DNA of 64,000 nucleotides from Herbidospora yilanensis. Lineage in GTDB: Bacteria; Actinomycetota; Actinomycetes; Streptosporangiales; Streptosporangiaceae. Position numbers and translations under genes: made by a program. The notes below the pieces were generated by a model, which ran no database searches, was not told where the DNA came from, and saw nothing but the letters and a program-made list of their open reading frames with translations. Of this stretch, positions 18,020 to 29,200 are shown one piece after another; position 1 is the first letter of the stretch; every line of letters starts with the position of its first letter. The stretch covers positions 264,984-328,983 of the forward strand of contig NZ_BBXE01000013.1 in NCBI RefSeq assembly GCF_001570565.1. Direction: 5' to 3'.

Positions 18020-19548
18020 TCGGCCTTGCCGTTGGCGTGCCGTCTCACCTGGGCGGCTCTGATGAACTCCTTCGGCACCTTGAACCCGGCGAGCCGGGCG
18101 GCGCACGCGTTCTTGAGCGCGGCGTCGTCCGGTTCCCCGGGTTCCCGCGTCTGTACGACGGCCACGACCTCCTGCCCCCACCTCTCGCTGGGCCGCCCGA
18201 CCACCAGGGCGTCGACCACGCCCTCGACCTCGCGCAGGACGCCCTCCACCTCCTCCGCGAAGACCTTCTCCCCCGCCGTGTTGATGACGGTGGCCTCCCG
18301 GCCGCGCAGGTCGACGGTGCCGTCCGCCCGCCAGACCGCCCGGTCGCCGGGGATGGCGTATCTGACCCCGTCCACCGTGCGGAAGGTGCGGGCGGTCTTC
18401 TCGGGGTCGCCCAGGTAGCCGAGCGGGATCGGGCCCGAGCGGGCCAGCCAGCCCTCCTCCGGGTCGCCGGGGGACAGGACGCGGGTCTGGTCGGCGCTCA
18501 GCACGACCGTCCACGGGCCGGCCTCGAAGCTGCCGCCGTCCATGCGCACGGCCGAGTTGCCGGTCTCGGAGGAGCCGAGGGTGTCGACGGTCCGCACGCC
18601 CGGGATCAGCTCGGCCAGGCGGGCGCGCAGGGCCTCTCCCAGGAAGGCCCCGCTCGTGCCGATCATGCCGAGCCTCAGGTCGTACACCCGGCTCTGGAGC
18701 TCTTCCACCAGGGGTCGGGCGAAGGCGTCGCCGACGATGACCGTGCCGGTGACGCGCTCGCGTTCGAGGGTGGCCAGCAGGCTCGGGCCGTCGAAGCGGT
18801 CGACGCGGTCGGCGATGACGACGGTCGAGCCCAGGCACCAGCCGTTGAGGGTGAACCAGACGCCGGTGCCGTGCATGAGGGGCGCGGCGGGGAGGATGCG
18901 GCGGCGGCTGGCGGCGGCGTGCTCGACCAGGGCGGCCAGCGACGGGAACGGCGAGCCGTCTCTGCGGCGCACGCCCACCGGGCCGTCGAGCAGGTCGCCG
19001 ATCCGCCAGACGACGCCTTTGGGCATGCCGGTCGTGCCGCCGGTGTAGATGACGTGGTGGTCGTCGGGCGACGGGGTCGCCGGCACCGGTTCGGGCGACG
19101 CGGCGGCCAGCGCCTCCTCGTAGGGGAGGGCTCCGGGCGCCAGGGGGTGGCCCGAGTCGTCCGCGACCTGGAGCAGGAGGGCCGACGGCGGCGCCACCTT
19201 CGCGACGAGCGGCGCGAAGGCGGCGTGGAAGACGACGACGGCCGGTCCGGCGTCGGCGAACAGGTAGGCCAGTTCGTCGGCCGTGTAGCGGTAGTTGACG
19301 TTGAACGGGGTCACCCGGGCCTTGTGGGCGCCGAGCAGGGCCTCCAGGTATTCGGGGCCGTTGTGCAGGTAGACGGCCATCCGCGCGCCGGGGCCGAGCC
19401 CTCGCGCGTGCAGCAGGTTGCCGAGCCGCCGGGTGCGCTCGGTCGTCTCCCGCCACGAACAGCGCCGGTCGCGCCACACCAGGCACTCCCGGTCGGGAAC
19501 CGCCGCCGCGATCGCCTCATGCAGCGTGGCCAGGTCGAACTGGGTCAC
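17992..19548 (-). CDS. Acyl-CoA synthetase / AMP-dependent ligase (ANL superfamily)
   Basis: The AMP-binding motif is IYTGGTTGMPKGV, with later motifs GSSETG, YAIPGD and INTAGEKV and a C-terminal ...FKVPKEF. It converges on the MFS gene with a 28 nt overlap. Confidence 0.9.
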   Translation of the reverse strand: MTQFDLATLHEAIAAAVPDRECLVWRDRRCSWRETTERTRRLGNLLHARGLGPGARMAVYLHNGPEYLEALLGAHKARVTPFNVNYRYTADELAYLFADAGPAVVVFHAAFAPLVAKVAPPSALLLQVADDSGHPLAPGALPYEEALAAASPEPVPATPSPDDHHVIYTGGTTGMPKGVVWRIGDLLDGPVGVRRRDGSPFPSLAALVEHAAASRRRILPAAPLMHGTGVWFTLNGWCLGSTVVIADRVDRFDGPSLLATLERERVTGTVIVGDAFARPLVEELQSRVYDLRLGMIGTSGAFLGEALRARLAELIPGVRTVDTLGSSETGNSAVRMDGGSFEAGPWTVVLSADQTRVLSPGDPEEGWLARSGPIPLGYLGDPEKTARTFRTVDGVRYAIPGDRAVWRADGTVDLRGREATVINTAGEKVFAEEVEGVLREVEGVVDALVVGRPSERWGQEVVAVVQTREPGEPDDAALKNACAARLAGFKVPKEFIRAAQVRRHANGKADYAWARSTV

Positions 19549-19692
19549 CGGACGCCCTCCAGAACAATAGTCCAGAACAATCGTCGGCGACCATTCTCAC
19601 ACAAACCGCATGTGTGATTACTTTCGCCCATATGGGTATGAATGTCACCGATGACACACATAGCGTCATCAGAGCCACTTTCGGGGGAAAAT

Positions 19693-19929
19693 ATGGCTGA
19701 AATGCCTCAGAAGCGCCAGCCCAAGGTCTCGGGCAAGGCCAAGCGCGCCACCATCAAGGACCAGCGTGCGGCCAAGCAGGAGAAGCGTGAGGGCGGCGAC
19801 GGCCGTCCCGAGCGTGAGGGCATGGGGGGCGGTTCGATGGGCAACCGCATGGGCAGCGGGGAGCGCCAGCAGCCGGGGCACTCCACGCAGCAGCAGCATC
19901 AGCAGCGCCAGGGTGGTCAGCACCACTGA
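19693..19929 (+). CDS. Small hydrophilic Lys/Gln/Gly/His-rich protein (78 aa), function unknown
   Basis: MAEMPQKRQPKVSGKAKRATIKDQRAAKQEKREGGDGRPEREGMGGGSMGNRMGSGERQQPGHSTQQQHQQRQGGQHH. It has an SD-like GGGGGAAAA upstream, high GC3 and its own terminator hairpin. Confidence 0.55.
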   Translation: MAEMPQKRQPKVSGKAKRATIKDQRAAKQEKREGGDGRPEREGMGGGSMGNRMGSGERQQPGHSTQQQHQQRQGGQHH

Positions 19930-19955
19930 CCCGCATAGTGGGGGTCTGAGGTGAA

Positions 19956-20002
19956 GGCTCGGGGAAGGGGGCGACCCGTTCCCCGAGCCTGTTCTGCTTT
20001 CT
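19956..20002 (+). terminator. Rho-independent terminator
   Basis: GGCTCGGGGAA-N12-TTCCCCGAGCC is a perfect 11 bp stem followed by TGTTCTGCTTTCTC. Confidence 0.5.
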
Positions 20003-20015
20003 CAGGGAGGGACGG

Positions 20016-23000
20016 ATGGCCGGCTATCTGCGCTTTCCCACCATCTTCCGCGACGTGGTGGTGTTCGCCGCCGAAGACGACCTCTGGATGGTCCACGCCG
20101 ACGGCGGCCGGGCCTTCCGGCTGACCGCCGGGGTCGCCGAGGCCGCCTACCCGCGCCTGTCCCCCGACGGCACCCAGATCGCCTTCGTCGGCCGCGAGGA
20201 GGGGCCCGAGGAGGTGTACGTCATGCCCGCCGACGGCGGCGCCGCCGAACGCCTCACCTTTCACGGCGCCGACTGCCAGGTCACCGGCTGGGATCCGCAC
20301 GGCGCGATCGTCTACACCAGCGACGAGGGCCAGCCCTTCCACGGCTACCGCTGGCTGCACCGGGTCGTCCCGGGAGGCGTGCCGGAGCCGCTGCCGTACG
20401 GCCCCGCCTCCGCCATCACCTACGGCCCCGGCGGCATCGTGCTCGGCCGCAACACCTCCGACCCGGCCCGCTGGAAGCGCTACCGGGGCGGCACGGTCGG
20501 CGACCTGTGGATCGGCGCGCGGCGGTTCCGCCGCCTGATCGCCCTGCCGGGCAACCTCGCCTCGCCCTGCTGGGTCGGCGACCGCGTCTTCTTCCTGTCC
20601 GACCACGAGGGCGTCGGCAACGTCTACTCGTGCTCCCCCGACGGCGGCGACCTGCGCCGGCACACCGACCACAACGACTACTACGCCCGCAACCTGTCCT
20701 CCGACGGGCGGCGGCTGGTCTACCACTGCGGCGCCGAACTGTTCCTGCTCGACCCCGGCGCCGACGAGCCGCGCCGCGTCGACGTGCGGCTCGGCAGTTC
20801 GCTGACCCAGCGCAACCGCCGGTTCGTGCCGGCGGCGGGCTTCCTCGACAGCGCGACCCTCAGCCCCGACGGCTCCCGGCTGGCCGTCACGACCCGGGGC
20901 AAGGCCTTCTCGTTCGCCTGCTGGGAGGGGCCCGTGCTCCAGCACGGCGAGCCCGACGGCGTCCGCTACCGGTTCCTGACCTGGCTCGACGACGACGGCG
21001 AACGGCTGGTCGCGGCGGCCAGCGACGACGGCGACCGCGAGGTGCTGGTCGTGTTGTCCCACGACGGTCCGGTCCGGCTCGACGACGCCGACACCGGGCG
21101 GATCACCGAACTGGAGGTCTCCCCCGGGGGCGACCGGATCGCCGTCACCAACCACCGCAACGAGCTCCTGGTCGTCGAACTGCACGACGACGGGGCGACG
21201 GTGACCGAGGTGGAGGCCAGCCCGTTCGGCGCGATCGAGGACCCGGCGTGGTCGCCCGACGGGACCTGGCTGGCCTACGCGTGCCCGGTGGCCCGGCAGA
21301 CCACGATCATCAAGCTGTTCAACGCCGAGACCGGCGAGATCGCCCCCGCGACCGACCCCGTGCTGGTCGACCGGCGGCCCGCCTTCGACCCCGAGGGCCG
21401 CTACCTGTACTTCATCGGGCAGCGGGTGTTCAACCCGGTCTACGACGAGCTCCAGTTCGACCTGGGTTTCCCGATGGGCACCCGCCCCTACGCCGTCGCG
21501 CTGCGCGAGGGCATCGGGTCGCCCTTCGTGCCGGAGCCCCGGCCGCTCGACCACGAGGACTCCGAGGAGCCCGACTTCGAGATCCACACCGAGGGGCTGA
21601 CCCGCCGGATCGTGGCCTTCCCCGTCGACGAGAACCGCTACCAGCGGATCGCCGGGCTCAAGGGCAAGGTCATCTACACGACGACCCCGGTGGTCGGCGA
21701 CCACGGGTCCACCCTGCACTGCTACGAGTACGCCAAGCAGAAGGCCGAGGAGCTCGTCTCCGACCTGGCCGACTTCAGCCTCGGCCGCGACCACTCGACC
21801 CTGCTCTACCGGTCGGGCGACCGGCTGCGCGTCATCAAGGCCGGGGAGTCGCCGTCGGAGGACGACGAGACCGACCGCAACGACGGCTGGATCGACCTCG
21901 ACCGCGTGAAGGTGTCGGTCGCGCCCGAGGCGGAGTGGCGGCAGATGTTCCGCGAGGCGTGGCGGCTCCAGCGCGAGAACTTCTGGGACGAGGACATGGC
22001 CGGCATCGACTGGGACGGCGTCTACGCCCGCTACCTGCCGCTGGTCGACCGGGTCGGCACCCGGGGCGAGTTCTCCGACCTGCTGTGGGAGCTGCTCGGC
22101 GAACTCGGCACCTCCCACGCCTTCGAGTCAGGCGGCGAATACCGCGACCGCCCCCACTACTGGCAGGGCAAACTCGGCGTCGACTGGCTGTACGAGGACG
22201 GCCGCTACATCATCGGCCGCATCGTCACCGGCGACCCCTGGGACCCGCTCGCGACCTCGCCGCTGAACCGCCTCGGGGTCGACGTGGCCCCCGGCGACGT
22301 CGTGGCCGCCATCAACGGGATGCCCGTCGGCCCGGACGCCTCACCCGGGCGGCTGCTGGTGAACCTCGCCGACGAGGAGGTCGAGCTGACCATCGAGCGC
22401 GACGACGAATACCACCTCGTGGTCGTCCGGGCCCTGTGCGACGAGCAGCCGGCCCGCTACCGCGACTGGGTCGACGCCAACCGCCGCCTCGTCCACGAGC
22501 ACACCTCCGGCCGGGTCGGCTACGTCCACGTCCCCGACATGGGCCCGGAGGGCTTCGCCGAGTTCCACCGGGGCTTCCTGACCGAGTACGACCGCGAGGC
22601 CCTCATCGTCGACGTGCGCTTCAACGGCGGGGGGAACGTGTCGGCGCTGCTGCTGGAGAAGTTGTCGCGGCGGCGGCTCGGCTACGACTTCCCGCGCTGG
22701 GGCGTGCCGGCGCCCTACCCCGACGAGTCGCCCCGCGGCCCCATCGTGGGCCTCACGAACGAGTGGGCCGGGTCCGACGGCGACATCTTCTGCCACACCT
22801 TCAAACTGCTCGGGCTGGGCACGCTGGTCGGGCGGCGCACGTGGGGCGGGGTCGTCGGGGTCTGGCCCCGCCACCGCCTGGCCGACGGGACGCTGACCAC
22901 GCAGCCCGAGTTCTCCTTCGCCTTCGACGACGTCGGCTGGCGGGTGGAGAACTACGGCGCCGACCCCGACGTGGAGGTCGACATCACCCCGCAGGAGTAC

Positions 23001-23183
23001 GCGATGGGGGTCGACGCCCAGTTGGAGCGGGCCGTCGAGATCGCCCTCGACCACCTCGACCGGACCCCCGCCCACACCGCCAACCCGGCCGACCGCCCCC
23101 GCCGGGTGGTGCCCACACTGCCGCCCCGGGTGGCCGCCTGGCGGGAAAGCGACGATCGCCGTGGTCGGGGTCGGCTAGCGTAG
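20016..23183 (+). CDS. Tricorn protease homolog (S41B peptidase with beta-propellers and PDZ)
   Basis: [26 protein letters not shown]...[11 protein letters not shown] is the tricorn N-terminus, and repeated propeller blades follow. The C-terminal S41 catalytic region includes [18 protein letters not shown] and [14 protein letters not shown]. Confidence 0.9.
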   Translation: MAGYLRFPTIFRDVVVFAAEDDLWMVHADGGRAFRLTAGVAEAAYPRLSPDGTQIAFVGREEGPEEVYVMPADGGAAERLTFHGADCQVTGWDPHGAIVYTSDEGQPFHGYRWLHRVVPGGVPEPLPYGPASAITYGPGGIVLGRNTSDPARWKRYRGGTVGDLWIGARRFRRLIALPGNLASPCWVGDRVFFLSDHEGVGNVYSCSPDGGDLRRHTDHNDYYARNLSSDGRRLVYHCGAELFLLDPGADEPRRVDVRLGSSLTQRNRRFVPAAGFLDSATLSPDGSRLAVTTRGKAFSFACWEGPVLQHGEPDGVRYRFLTWLDDDGERLVAAASDDGDREVLVVLSHDGPVRLDDADTGRITELEVSPGGDRIAVTNHRNELLVVELHDDGATVTEVEASPFGAIEDPAWSPDGTWLAYACPVARQTTIIKLFNAETGEIAPATDPVLVDRRPAFDPEGRYLYFIGQRVFNPVYDELQFDLGFPMGTRPYAVALREGIGSPFVPEPRPLDHEDSEEPDFEIHTEGLTRRIVAFPVDENRYQRIAGLKGKVIYTTTPVVGDHGSTLHCYEYAKQKAEELVSDLADFSLGRDHSTLLYRSGDRLRVIKAGESPSEDDETDRNDGWIDLDRVKVSVAPEAEWRQMFREAWRLQRENFWDEDMAGIDWDGVYARYLPLVDRVGTRGEFSDLLWELLGELGTSHAFESGGEYRDRPHYWQGKLGVDWLYEDGRYIIGRIVTGDPWDPLATSPLNRLGVDVAPGDVVAAINGMPVGPDASPGRLLVNLADEEVELTIERDDEYHLVVVRALCDEQPARYRDWVDANRRLVHEHTSGRVGYVHVPDMGPEGFAEFHRGFLTEYDREALIVDVRFNGGGNVSALLLEKLSRRRLGYDFPRWGVPAPYPDESPRGPIVGLTNEWAGSDGDIFCHTFKLLGLGTLVGRRTWGGVVGVWPRHRLADGTLTTQPEFSFAFDDVGWRVENYGADPDVEVDITPQEYAMGVDAQLERAVEIALDHLDRTPAHTANPADRPRRVVPTLPPRVAAWRESDDRRGRGRLA

Positions 23184-23188
23184 GCCGG

Positions 23189-24073
23189 GTGCCGCGCCTG
23201 CTACTCGTATCCCTGCTCTTGGTGACCGCCTGCTCTCCCGCGCCCGGTGGCGACGCGGCCGTCGGGAAGACGACGGTCGTGAAGACGGCCGTCGAGAAGG
23301 CGGCCCCGGCGAAGACCGCGCCGAAGCCGGTCAGCGTGCCCTCCGGTGTCACGACCGGCTATGTCGTGTACGACCGCGTCCAGAAGAAGATCACGGTCAG
23401 CAGGAACCCCCACAAACGATTCCGGTCCGCCTCCGTCGTGAAGCTGATGATCGCCATCGACCACCTGGAGCGGGTGCGGAAGCCCGACCTGGCCCTGCTC
23501 AAGCCGATGCTGCGGGTCAGCGACGACAACGCGGCGACGAGGCTCTGGTCGCTCGGCGGCCAGGGGAAGATCATCCAGCGGGTCGCGAAGAAGCTGAGGC
23601 TGACCGACTCGGGGCCGCCCCCGGCCGGCAAGCCCGGCTTCTGGGGCTACACCGCGATCAGCGCGCTCGACATCGCCAAGGTCTACCGCTACATCCTCGA
23701 AGAGGCCTCGCCCGCGGTCCGGAACACGATCATGGGCCACCTGCGGCAGGCCGGGCCCTGCGGCAGCGACGGCTTCGACCAATACTTCGGCATCCCACGC
23801 GGCGTCGCCCGGCCGTGGGCGGTGAAGCAGGGCTGGTCGGGCTACGGCTCGGTCCCGCCGGTCCGCTGCACGGGCAACGGCTCGACGGCCTTCTACCAGG
23901 CGCCGGCCCCGGTCGACTTCCGCAACGCCGTGCTGCACACCACCGGCGTCGTCGGCGCGGGCGACCGCTACATCGAGGTCGTCCTGACCACCCAGACCTC
24001 CCGCTGGTCCGACTCCGTCACGAAGATCACCCGGCTGGCCCGGGACGTCCACCGGGCGGCCCTCGCCCGATGA
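23189..24073 (+). CDS. Lipoprotein, class-A beta-lactamase-like serine hydrolase fold
   Basis: GTG start giving VPRLLLVSLLLVTAC (lipobox), from the last 294 codons of track ORF 20507..24073+. It shows SxxK (SASVVK), an SDN-like VSDDNAA and a KTG-like KQGWSG. Confidence 0.65.
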   Translation: MPRLLLVSLLLVTACSPAPGGDAAVGKTTVVKTAVEKAAPAKTAPKPVSVPSGVTTGYVVYDRVQKKITVSRNPHKRFRSASVVKLMIAIDHLERVRKPDLALLKPMLRVSDDNAATRLWSLGGQGKIIQRVAKKLRLTDSGPPPAGKPGFWGYTAISALDIAKVYRYILEEASPAVRNTIMGHLRQAGPCGSDGFDQYFGIPRGVARPWAVKQGWSGYGSVPPVRCTGNGSTAFYQAPAPVDFRNAVLHTTGVVGAGDRYIEVVLTTQTSRWSDSVTKITRLARDVHRAALAR

Positions 24074-25104
24074 GACTGGGACGACGGGTCGCCGAGGCGG
24101 CCGAGATCGCGCTGGCGACCCGCAAATACGTGACGGTCGTCGACGTGCTGACGGGCCTGCGCTGGGTCCACCACCGCCACGTCGAAAGCTGGCGGCAGGG
24201 CCGGGCGGGCTCCCTGGAGGAACTCGCCGCCGTCGACGCCGCCCGCATGACCGACGCGGCGGCGCTGCTGGCCGAATGGGCGGGCGACAAGGGCCTGATC
24301 GCCGGAGAGACCGCCTACGTCTCCGGCAGCCGCGACCGCTCGGCGCTGCGCTTCACCCGCGACGGCTCCGAGGAGCAGGAGCGGAACTTCCACCGGCAGT
24401 GGATCAGCCCCGCGATGTCCGAGACGCGCCGCCGCCGCCTGGCCGAGACCCAGAACCGCCCGCCCGACCTGCGGGTACTGGTCTCCCAGGAGCCGTGGCG
24501 CTGCGCCGGCTGCCGCGACACCGGCCCCTACCTCATCATGGAAGACGCCTCGCCTCACTGCCTGACCTGCGCCGACATGGACCATCTGGTGATGCTCCCG
24601 GCCGGTAACGCGGCCCTCAGCCGCCGCGCCAAGAAGGAGAGCGGCCTGTCGGCCGTCGTCGTCGAATACAACCCGCGCCGCAAACGCTTCGAACGACGCG
24701 GCGTCCTCGTCGAGGAGGCCGCGCTCGCCCGCGCCGAGGAACTCTGCCTGGAAGACGAGGAACTCCGCGCCCGCCGCCGCGACCGCGACGCCGAACGCCG
24801 CGCCTGCCAGGACGTCGAGTTCCAGGCCCGGATGGCGGCCGAGATCCGGCGCCTGTTCCCGGGCTGCCCCCGCGCCGACGAGATCGCCGCCCACGCGGCG
24901 GTGCGCGGCAGCGGCCGTGTCGGACGCACGTCGGCGGCGAAGGTCCTCGACGAGTCGGCGATCACGCTGGCCGTGGTGGCGTCGGTCCGCCACAAGGACA
25001 CGGCCTACGACGAACTGCTGATGAAGGGCGTGCCCCGGATGACGGCCCGTGCCCAGATCAGGGACCGGATCGAGGCGGTCCTGGAGTCGTGGCGGGAGGG
25101 CTGA
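24070..25104 (+). CDS. DUF2293-domain protein
   Basis: Start MRLGRRVAEAAEIAL overlaps the upstream stop (ATGA). A central CxxC...CxxC reads WRCAGCRDTGPYLIMEDASPHCLTCAD. The conserved tail is VASVRHKDTAYDELLMKGVPRMTARAQIRDRIEAVLESW. The family assignment is from memory. Confidence 0.6.
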   Translation: MRLGRRVAEAAEIALATRKYVTVVDVLTGLRWVHHRHVESWRQGRAGSLEELAAVDAARMTDAAALLAEWAGDKGLIAGETAYVSGSRDRSALRFTRDGSEEQERNFHRQWISPAMSETRRRRLAETQNRPPDLRVLVSQEPWRCAGCRDTGPYLIMEDASPHCLTCADMDHLVMLPAGNAALSRRAKKESGLSAVVVEYNPRRKRFERRGVLVEEAALARAEELCLEDEELRARRRDRDAERRACQDVEFQARMAAEIRRLFPGCPRADEIAAHAAVRGSGRVGRTSAAKVLDESAITLAVVASVRHKDTAYDELLMKGVPRMTARAQIRDRIEAVLESWREG

Positions 25105-25297
25105 GCCCGGCTCGGTGAGCGTTCGGGCGCCGGGCCTCGCGGTCGGCGCTGACGGTCCGCCTGCCGGTCACGAGCCGCCTCGTCCCCTGACCGAGCCGCC
25201 AAGGCTCCCGCCGTGACCGGTCGAGCCTGGTCTGCTCCGGAGCTGACCGGTCAGACGGACCTGACCCCGTCAGACCTGGGGGGAGGGCGCTCGTGCG

Positions 25298-26257
25298 TCA
25301 GCCTGCTCCGGACCTGACCCGGTCGAGCGCCTGTTCGGCCTCGGCGGCCAGGGTGGCGACGAGGTCCTCGGCCGAGGGGAGATCGCCGATGAGGTCGACG
25401 GCCTCCCCGGCCCAGACGGCGGGCGGGACGGCGCCGCTCGCCATGTCGTCCTTGGCGACCTGCCTGGTCTCCCCCGTGAGCTCGGCCTCTCTGCCGTGCC
25501 ATCGGTCGATGTACGGGTGGGCGAGACTCCGGCCGTCGTACTTCTCCGGCCAGTCGACGCCCTTGACGATGTCGAGCACGCTGCTGCGCTCGGTCTGCCC
25601 ACCCTGACTCTCGACGATGGCCGCGGTGATCGCGGGATCGACGATCGCCTCGGCGGTGGCCTGGAAGCGGGTGCCCAGCAGGGCCCCGGCCGCCCCGAGC
25701 ACCAGCGCGGCGGCCACCCCGCGCCCGTCGGCGATCCCCCCGGCCGCCAGCACCGGCGTATCGCCCGCCAGGTCGACGACGGTGGGCACGAACGGCAACG
25801 TCGAGCGGCCCCTCCGCGCGCCGTGGCCGCCGCTCTCGGTGCCCTGGACCACGATGACGTCGGCCCCGGCGTCCAAGGCCTGCTTCGCCTCGGTCAGGTC
25901 GGTGACCTGGATCATCAGCAGTGCCCCCGCCCGCCTGATCGGCTGCAGGAACGGGGTCGGGTCGCCGAACGACAACAGCACCGCCGCCGGGCCGAACTCC
26001 AGGGCGTATTCGACCCCGGCCACGTCGGCCGCCCAGCACACGAACCCGACGCCCCACGGTTCCCGGGTGCTGTGGGCGACGATCGGCAACTCCCGTTCGA
26101 GCCAGTCGCGGACCCCGAATCCGCCGCCCACGAACCCGAACCCGCCACCGCGCGACACGGCCGCCGCCAGCTCCCCACCGGCCGAGAAGGCCATGGGCGC
26201 GGACACGATCGGCTGCCGCACCCCGACCAACCTGGTGAAACTCGTCGTCAATGCCAT
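25298..26257 (-). CDS. Nitronate monooxygenase (NMO/2-nitropropane dioxygenase family, FMN TIM barrel)
   Basis: Internal start MALTTSFTRLVGVRQPIVSAPMAF.. in track ORF 25298..26464-. Motifs include VIVVQGTESGGHG and PVLAAGGIADGRGVAAALVLGAAGALLGTRF. It lies only 20 nt downstream of the giant ATPase gene on the same strand. Confidence 0.85.
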   Translation of the reverse strand: MALTTSFTRLVGVRQPIVSAPMAFSAGGELAAAVSRGGGFGFVGGGFGVRDWLERELPIVAHSTREPWGVGFVCWAADVAGVEYALEFGPAAVLLSFGDPTPFLQPIRRAGALLMIQVTDLTEAKQALDAGADVIVVQGTESGGHGARRGRSTLPFVPTVVDLAGDTPVLAAGGIADGRGVAAALVLGAAGALLGTRFQATAEAIVDPAITAAIVESQGGQTERSSVLDIVKGVDWPEKYDGRSLAHPYIDRWHGREAELTGETRQVAKDDMASGAVPPAVWAGEAVDLIGDLPSAEDLVATLAAEAEQALDRVRSGAG

Positions 26258-26277
26258 GTGATCATCATGACCCGGCG

Positions 26278-29200
26278 TCATTCGGGTACCGAGTAGCGCT
26301 CCTCGATCGGTTCTCCGCCGCGCCTTCCGTCGTTGAGGGAGGTGATCGCGCCGCTGAGGCGGTCGGCCAGGTGGGTGATGGCGGAGACGGTTCGGGTCGT
26401 CGGGTCGTCGTCGTCGCCGCCCATCGCCTTCGCCCGGCGGTAGGCCGCCTTCACCTCCTCCCACCGGACCTTCTGCTCGTCCGTCAGCACCCCCCGCAGT
26501 TCCGCCAGCTTGAGCAGGTTCGCCTCCGCGCCGGAGGTGAGGGTCTGCGCCTCACCCAGGTAGTGGTCGTCGATGACGCCCTCCAGCTCGGCGTCGGTCA
26601 GCACCGGCACCACCCGCTGGGCGAGCTTGTTCATGTTCCGGTACGACCCCTGCAGCAGGAACGGCGGCTCGGTCCGGCTGGCGTCGGATTGGGCGGCCGA
26701 GGCGATGTAGGCCCGGTTGTTGGCCAGCACCACCTCCTGCAGCCGCAACATCTTCCGCAACACGCTGAGGATCTGGTCGAGTTCGACCGTGCTGTAGGGA
26801 TGCGAGAGCTGGTCGGCGCTGCCCTCGCCGCGCGCCAGCCGCACCAGCTTCTCGACCTCCCCGTGGTCGGACACCGGAGCCAGCACCGAGTTCGCCGTCA
26901 GCGCGTTCTCGATGTAACTCAACGCGAAAAGGTCGTCCTTGCCGCTCAGCACCTCGCCCAGGTTCCACACGTCGGCGCGGTTGGCCAGCATGTCGGGCAC
27001 CCGGAACACCTGGCCCGACTCGGTGTACGGGTTGCCGGCCATGCAGACCGCGAAGCGTTTGCCCCGCAGGTCATACGTCCGGGCCGTGCCGTTCCACACG
27101 CCTTCCATCCGCCGCTGCGCGTCGCACAGGGAGATGAACTTCTGCAAGAGCTCAGGGGAGGTGTGCTGGATGTCGTCCAGGTAGAGGAGCACGTTGCTGC
27201 CCATCTCCAGGGCGAAGGAGATCTTCTCCACCTCCGACCGGGAGGTCGCGTCGGGGGCGTCGGCGGGGTCGACCGAGGTCACCTCGTGCCCGAGGGCGGG
27301 ACCGTTGACCTTGACGAAGACCAGGCCCAGGCGGCTGGCGACGTACTCCATCAGGGTCGTCTTGCCGTATCCGGGCGGGGAGATCAGCAGCAGCAGGCCC
27401 ATCCCGTGGTCGAGCTGCTTGGCCAGGTTGTCGCCGATCAGCGGCAGGTACACCTGGTCGATCAGGGCGTTCCGGACGAAGGAGTCCATGACCTTGGGGC
27501 GGTATTCGTCCAGGCGCAGGCGTTTCTTCTCGGCGGCGACCAGTTCGGCGCGGCGGCGCTGGTAGTCCCGGTACGCCGGGACCCGCTCCGCCCGGAAGAT
27601 CCTGGTCCGGGCGAGGAACTCGTCGAGCCGGATCTCCATCGACCGCCCCCGGATGCGGGGGTGCGCGCCGAGCAGCCCTTCGACGACGCCGTCCAGCGTG
27701 GCGGCCGACTCGTAGCGCGGCAGGTCGCACAGCAGGAGCGAGACGACTTCCGGCGAGACCTCACCCTTGCCGAAGGCGGCCAGCCAGGCCCGCGCGAGCT
27801 GGATGCGGGCGGGCAGGTCCAGTGTCGACAGTTCGGCGGTGAACGCGGCGAAACGTTCGGGTCCGAGGGCTTCGCGGAAGGCGTCGAGGAAGGACCGGGC
27901 CGCCGTGGAGGTGACGAATCCCGCTGGCGGGGAGGCGAGTTCCTCGATCAGGTAGTCGGCGGCGAGGGAGGCGGGTCCGTCGAGACAACCATGGGCCTCG
28001 ATCGCCGAAGCGAGCTCCTCGGCCAGCGTGTTCAGCGCCTCGGTGCCACCGCCGAACAGTTCCCTGGCCCGAGTGAGGGACTGGGCCCTGATCTCCCACG
28101 TCGCCGAGGGGTTGCCGTGCGCCCAGAAGAACTGCGCCGTCGCGCGTGCCGACGGCAGGTGGCGCAGCAGGCCGGCCGAGGCGTGCAGGCGGGTCACGAC
28201 GTCGAGGATGCGCACGGTGTCGTGGTCGTGCACGCCGCGCTCGTAGCCCTCGTCGTAGCGTGACTCCGCGGCCCGTCGCACGGCCTCCGCGGGATCCCCT
28301 TCGACGGGGAACAACGACGCCGCCAGATATTCGGCCCGGTAGACCTCCGTCGTCTCCGACACGAGCAGTTGGTCCCAGAAGTGCCGGGTGTCGTCGAAGC
28401 CGGTCACGGGGGCGCGGTAGTCGGTGCCGGTGACGGCGAACGACAACGATCCCTCGTGGGGCACCAGGGTCAGGTCGAGCGGCTGGGTGTTGACGGCGAA
28501 CCGGTGGCGGCCCAGTTTGACCGTGTCGCCGTCGAACAGGTCGGTGCGGTCCTTGAGGGCGCGGCCGGCCTCCTGGCGGGCGGCGCGCACCCGGCCGTCG
28601 AGTTCGTCGGCGCGGACCGGATCGCCGAGTTCCCGCAGGTCGGCCGCCACCGCGCGGAGCTTCGCCACCATCGGGTCGGCGGCGAAGTAGGCGTTGACCT
28701 CGTCCAGCGAGGCCAGCGTCGCGGAGCGGCGGCGCACCGTGCCGAGGATGCGGTCGGCCGACTCGGCGAGGCGGTCGGCCCGCCGCGCCCGGTCGTCGAG
28801 GAGGGTCTGCTTGCGGGCCGAGAAGGCCTCGTAGACCTCTTCGCGTTTGCGTTCGAGCTGTGCGAGGAAGTCGTCGAACTCGCCGAAGCGCGACTCCAGG
28901 CCTTCGATCTGGAGCAGCAGCCGGCCGAGGCGCTCGTCGCACTTCTCGGGGGTGTCGGCGCCGGTCAGCCCGGCCGTCACGGCCTGGCCGAGGAGGCCGA
29001 ACTCGGCGGCGAACTCGGCCCGGCCCTCGGCGTCGAGCAGTTCGCGCCGCCGCGCGTCGAGGGTGGCGCGCACGCGGTTGATCTCGGCGAGGACCGCGCC
29101 GACCTTCTCCAGGATGACGGTACGGGCGGTCGCCTCGACCTCCAGCGTGCCGACCACCTCGATCAGCGCCTCCAGCCCGTCGGACTGGGCGGCCAGCCGC

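Noticed and set aside
16766-19617. 906-aa minus and 826-aa plus ORFs spanning the MFS and acyl-CoA synthetase genes
   Set aside because: Both are Arg/Pro/Gly-rich shadows. The MFS (plus) and ANL ligase (minus) frames carry the recognisable motifs.
20507-23188. N-terminal ~890 aa of the 1188-aa ORF 20507..24073+
   Set aside because: This is an alternative frame of the tricorn protease gene (Arg/Pro-rich). Only the part after the GTG at 23189, with its lipoprotein signal and SxxK motif, is credible.
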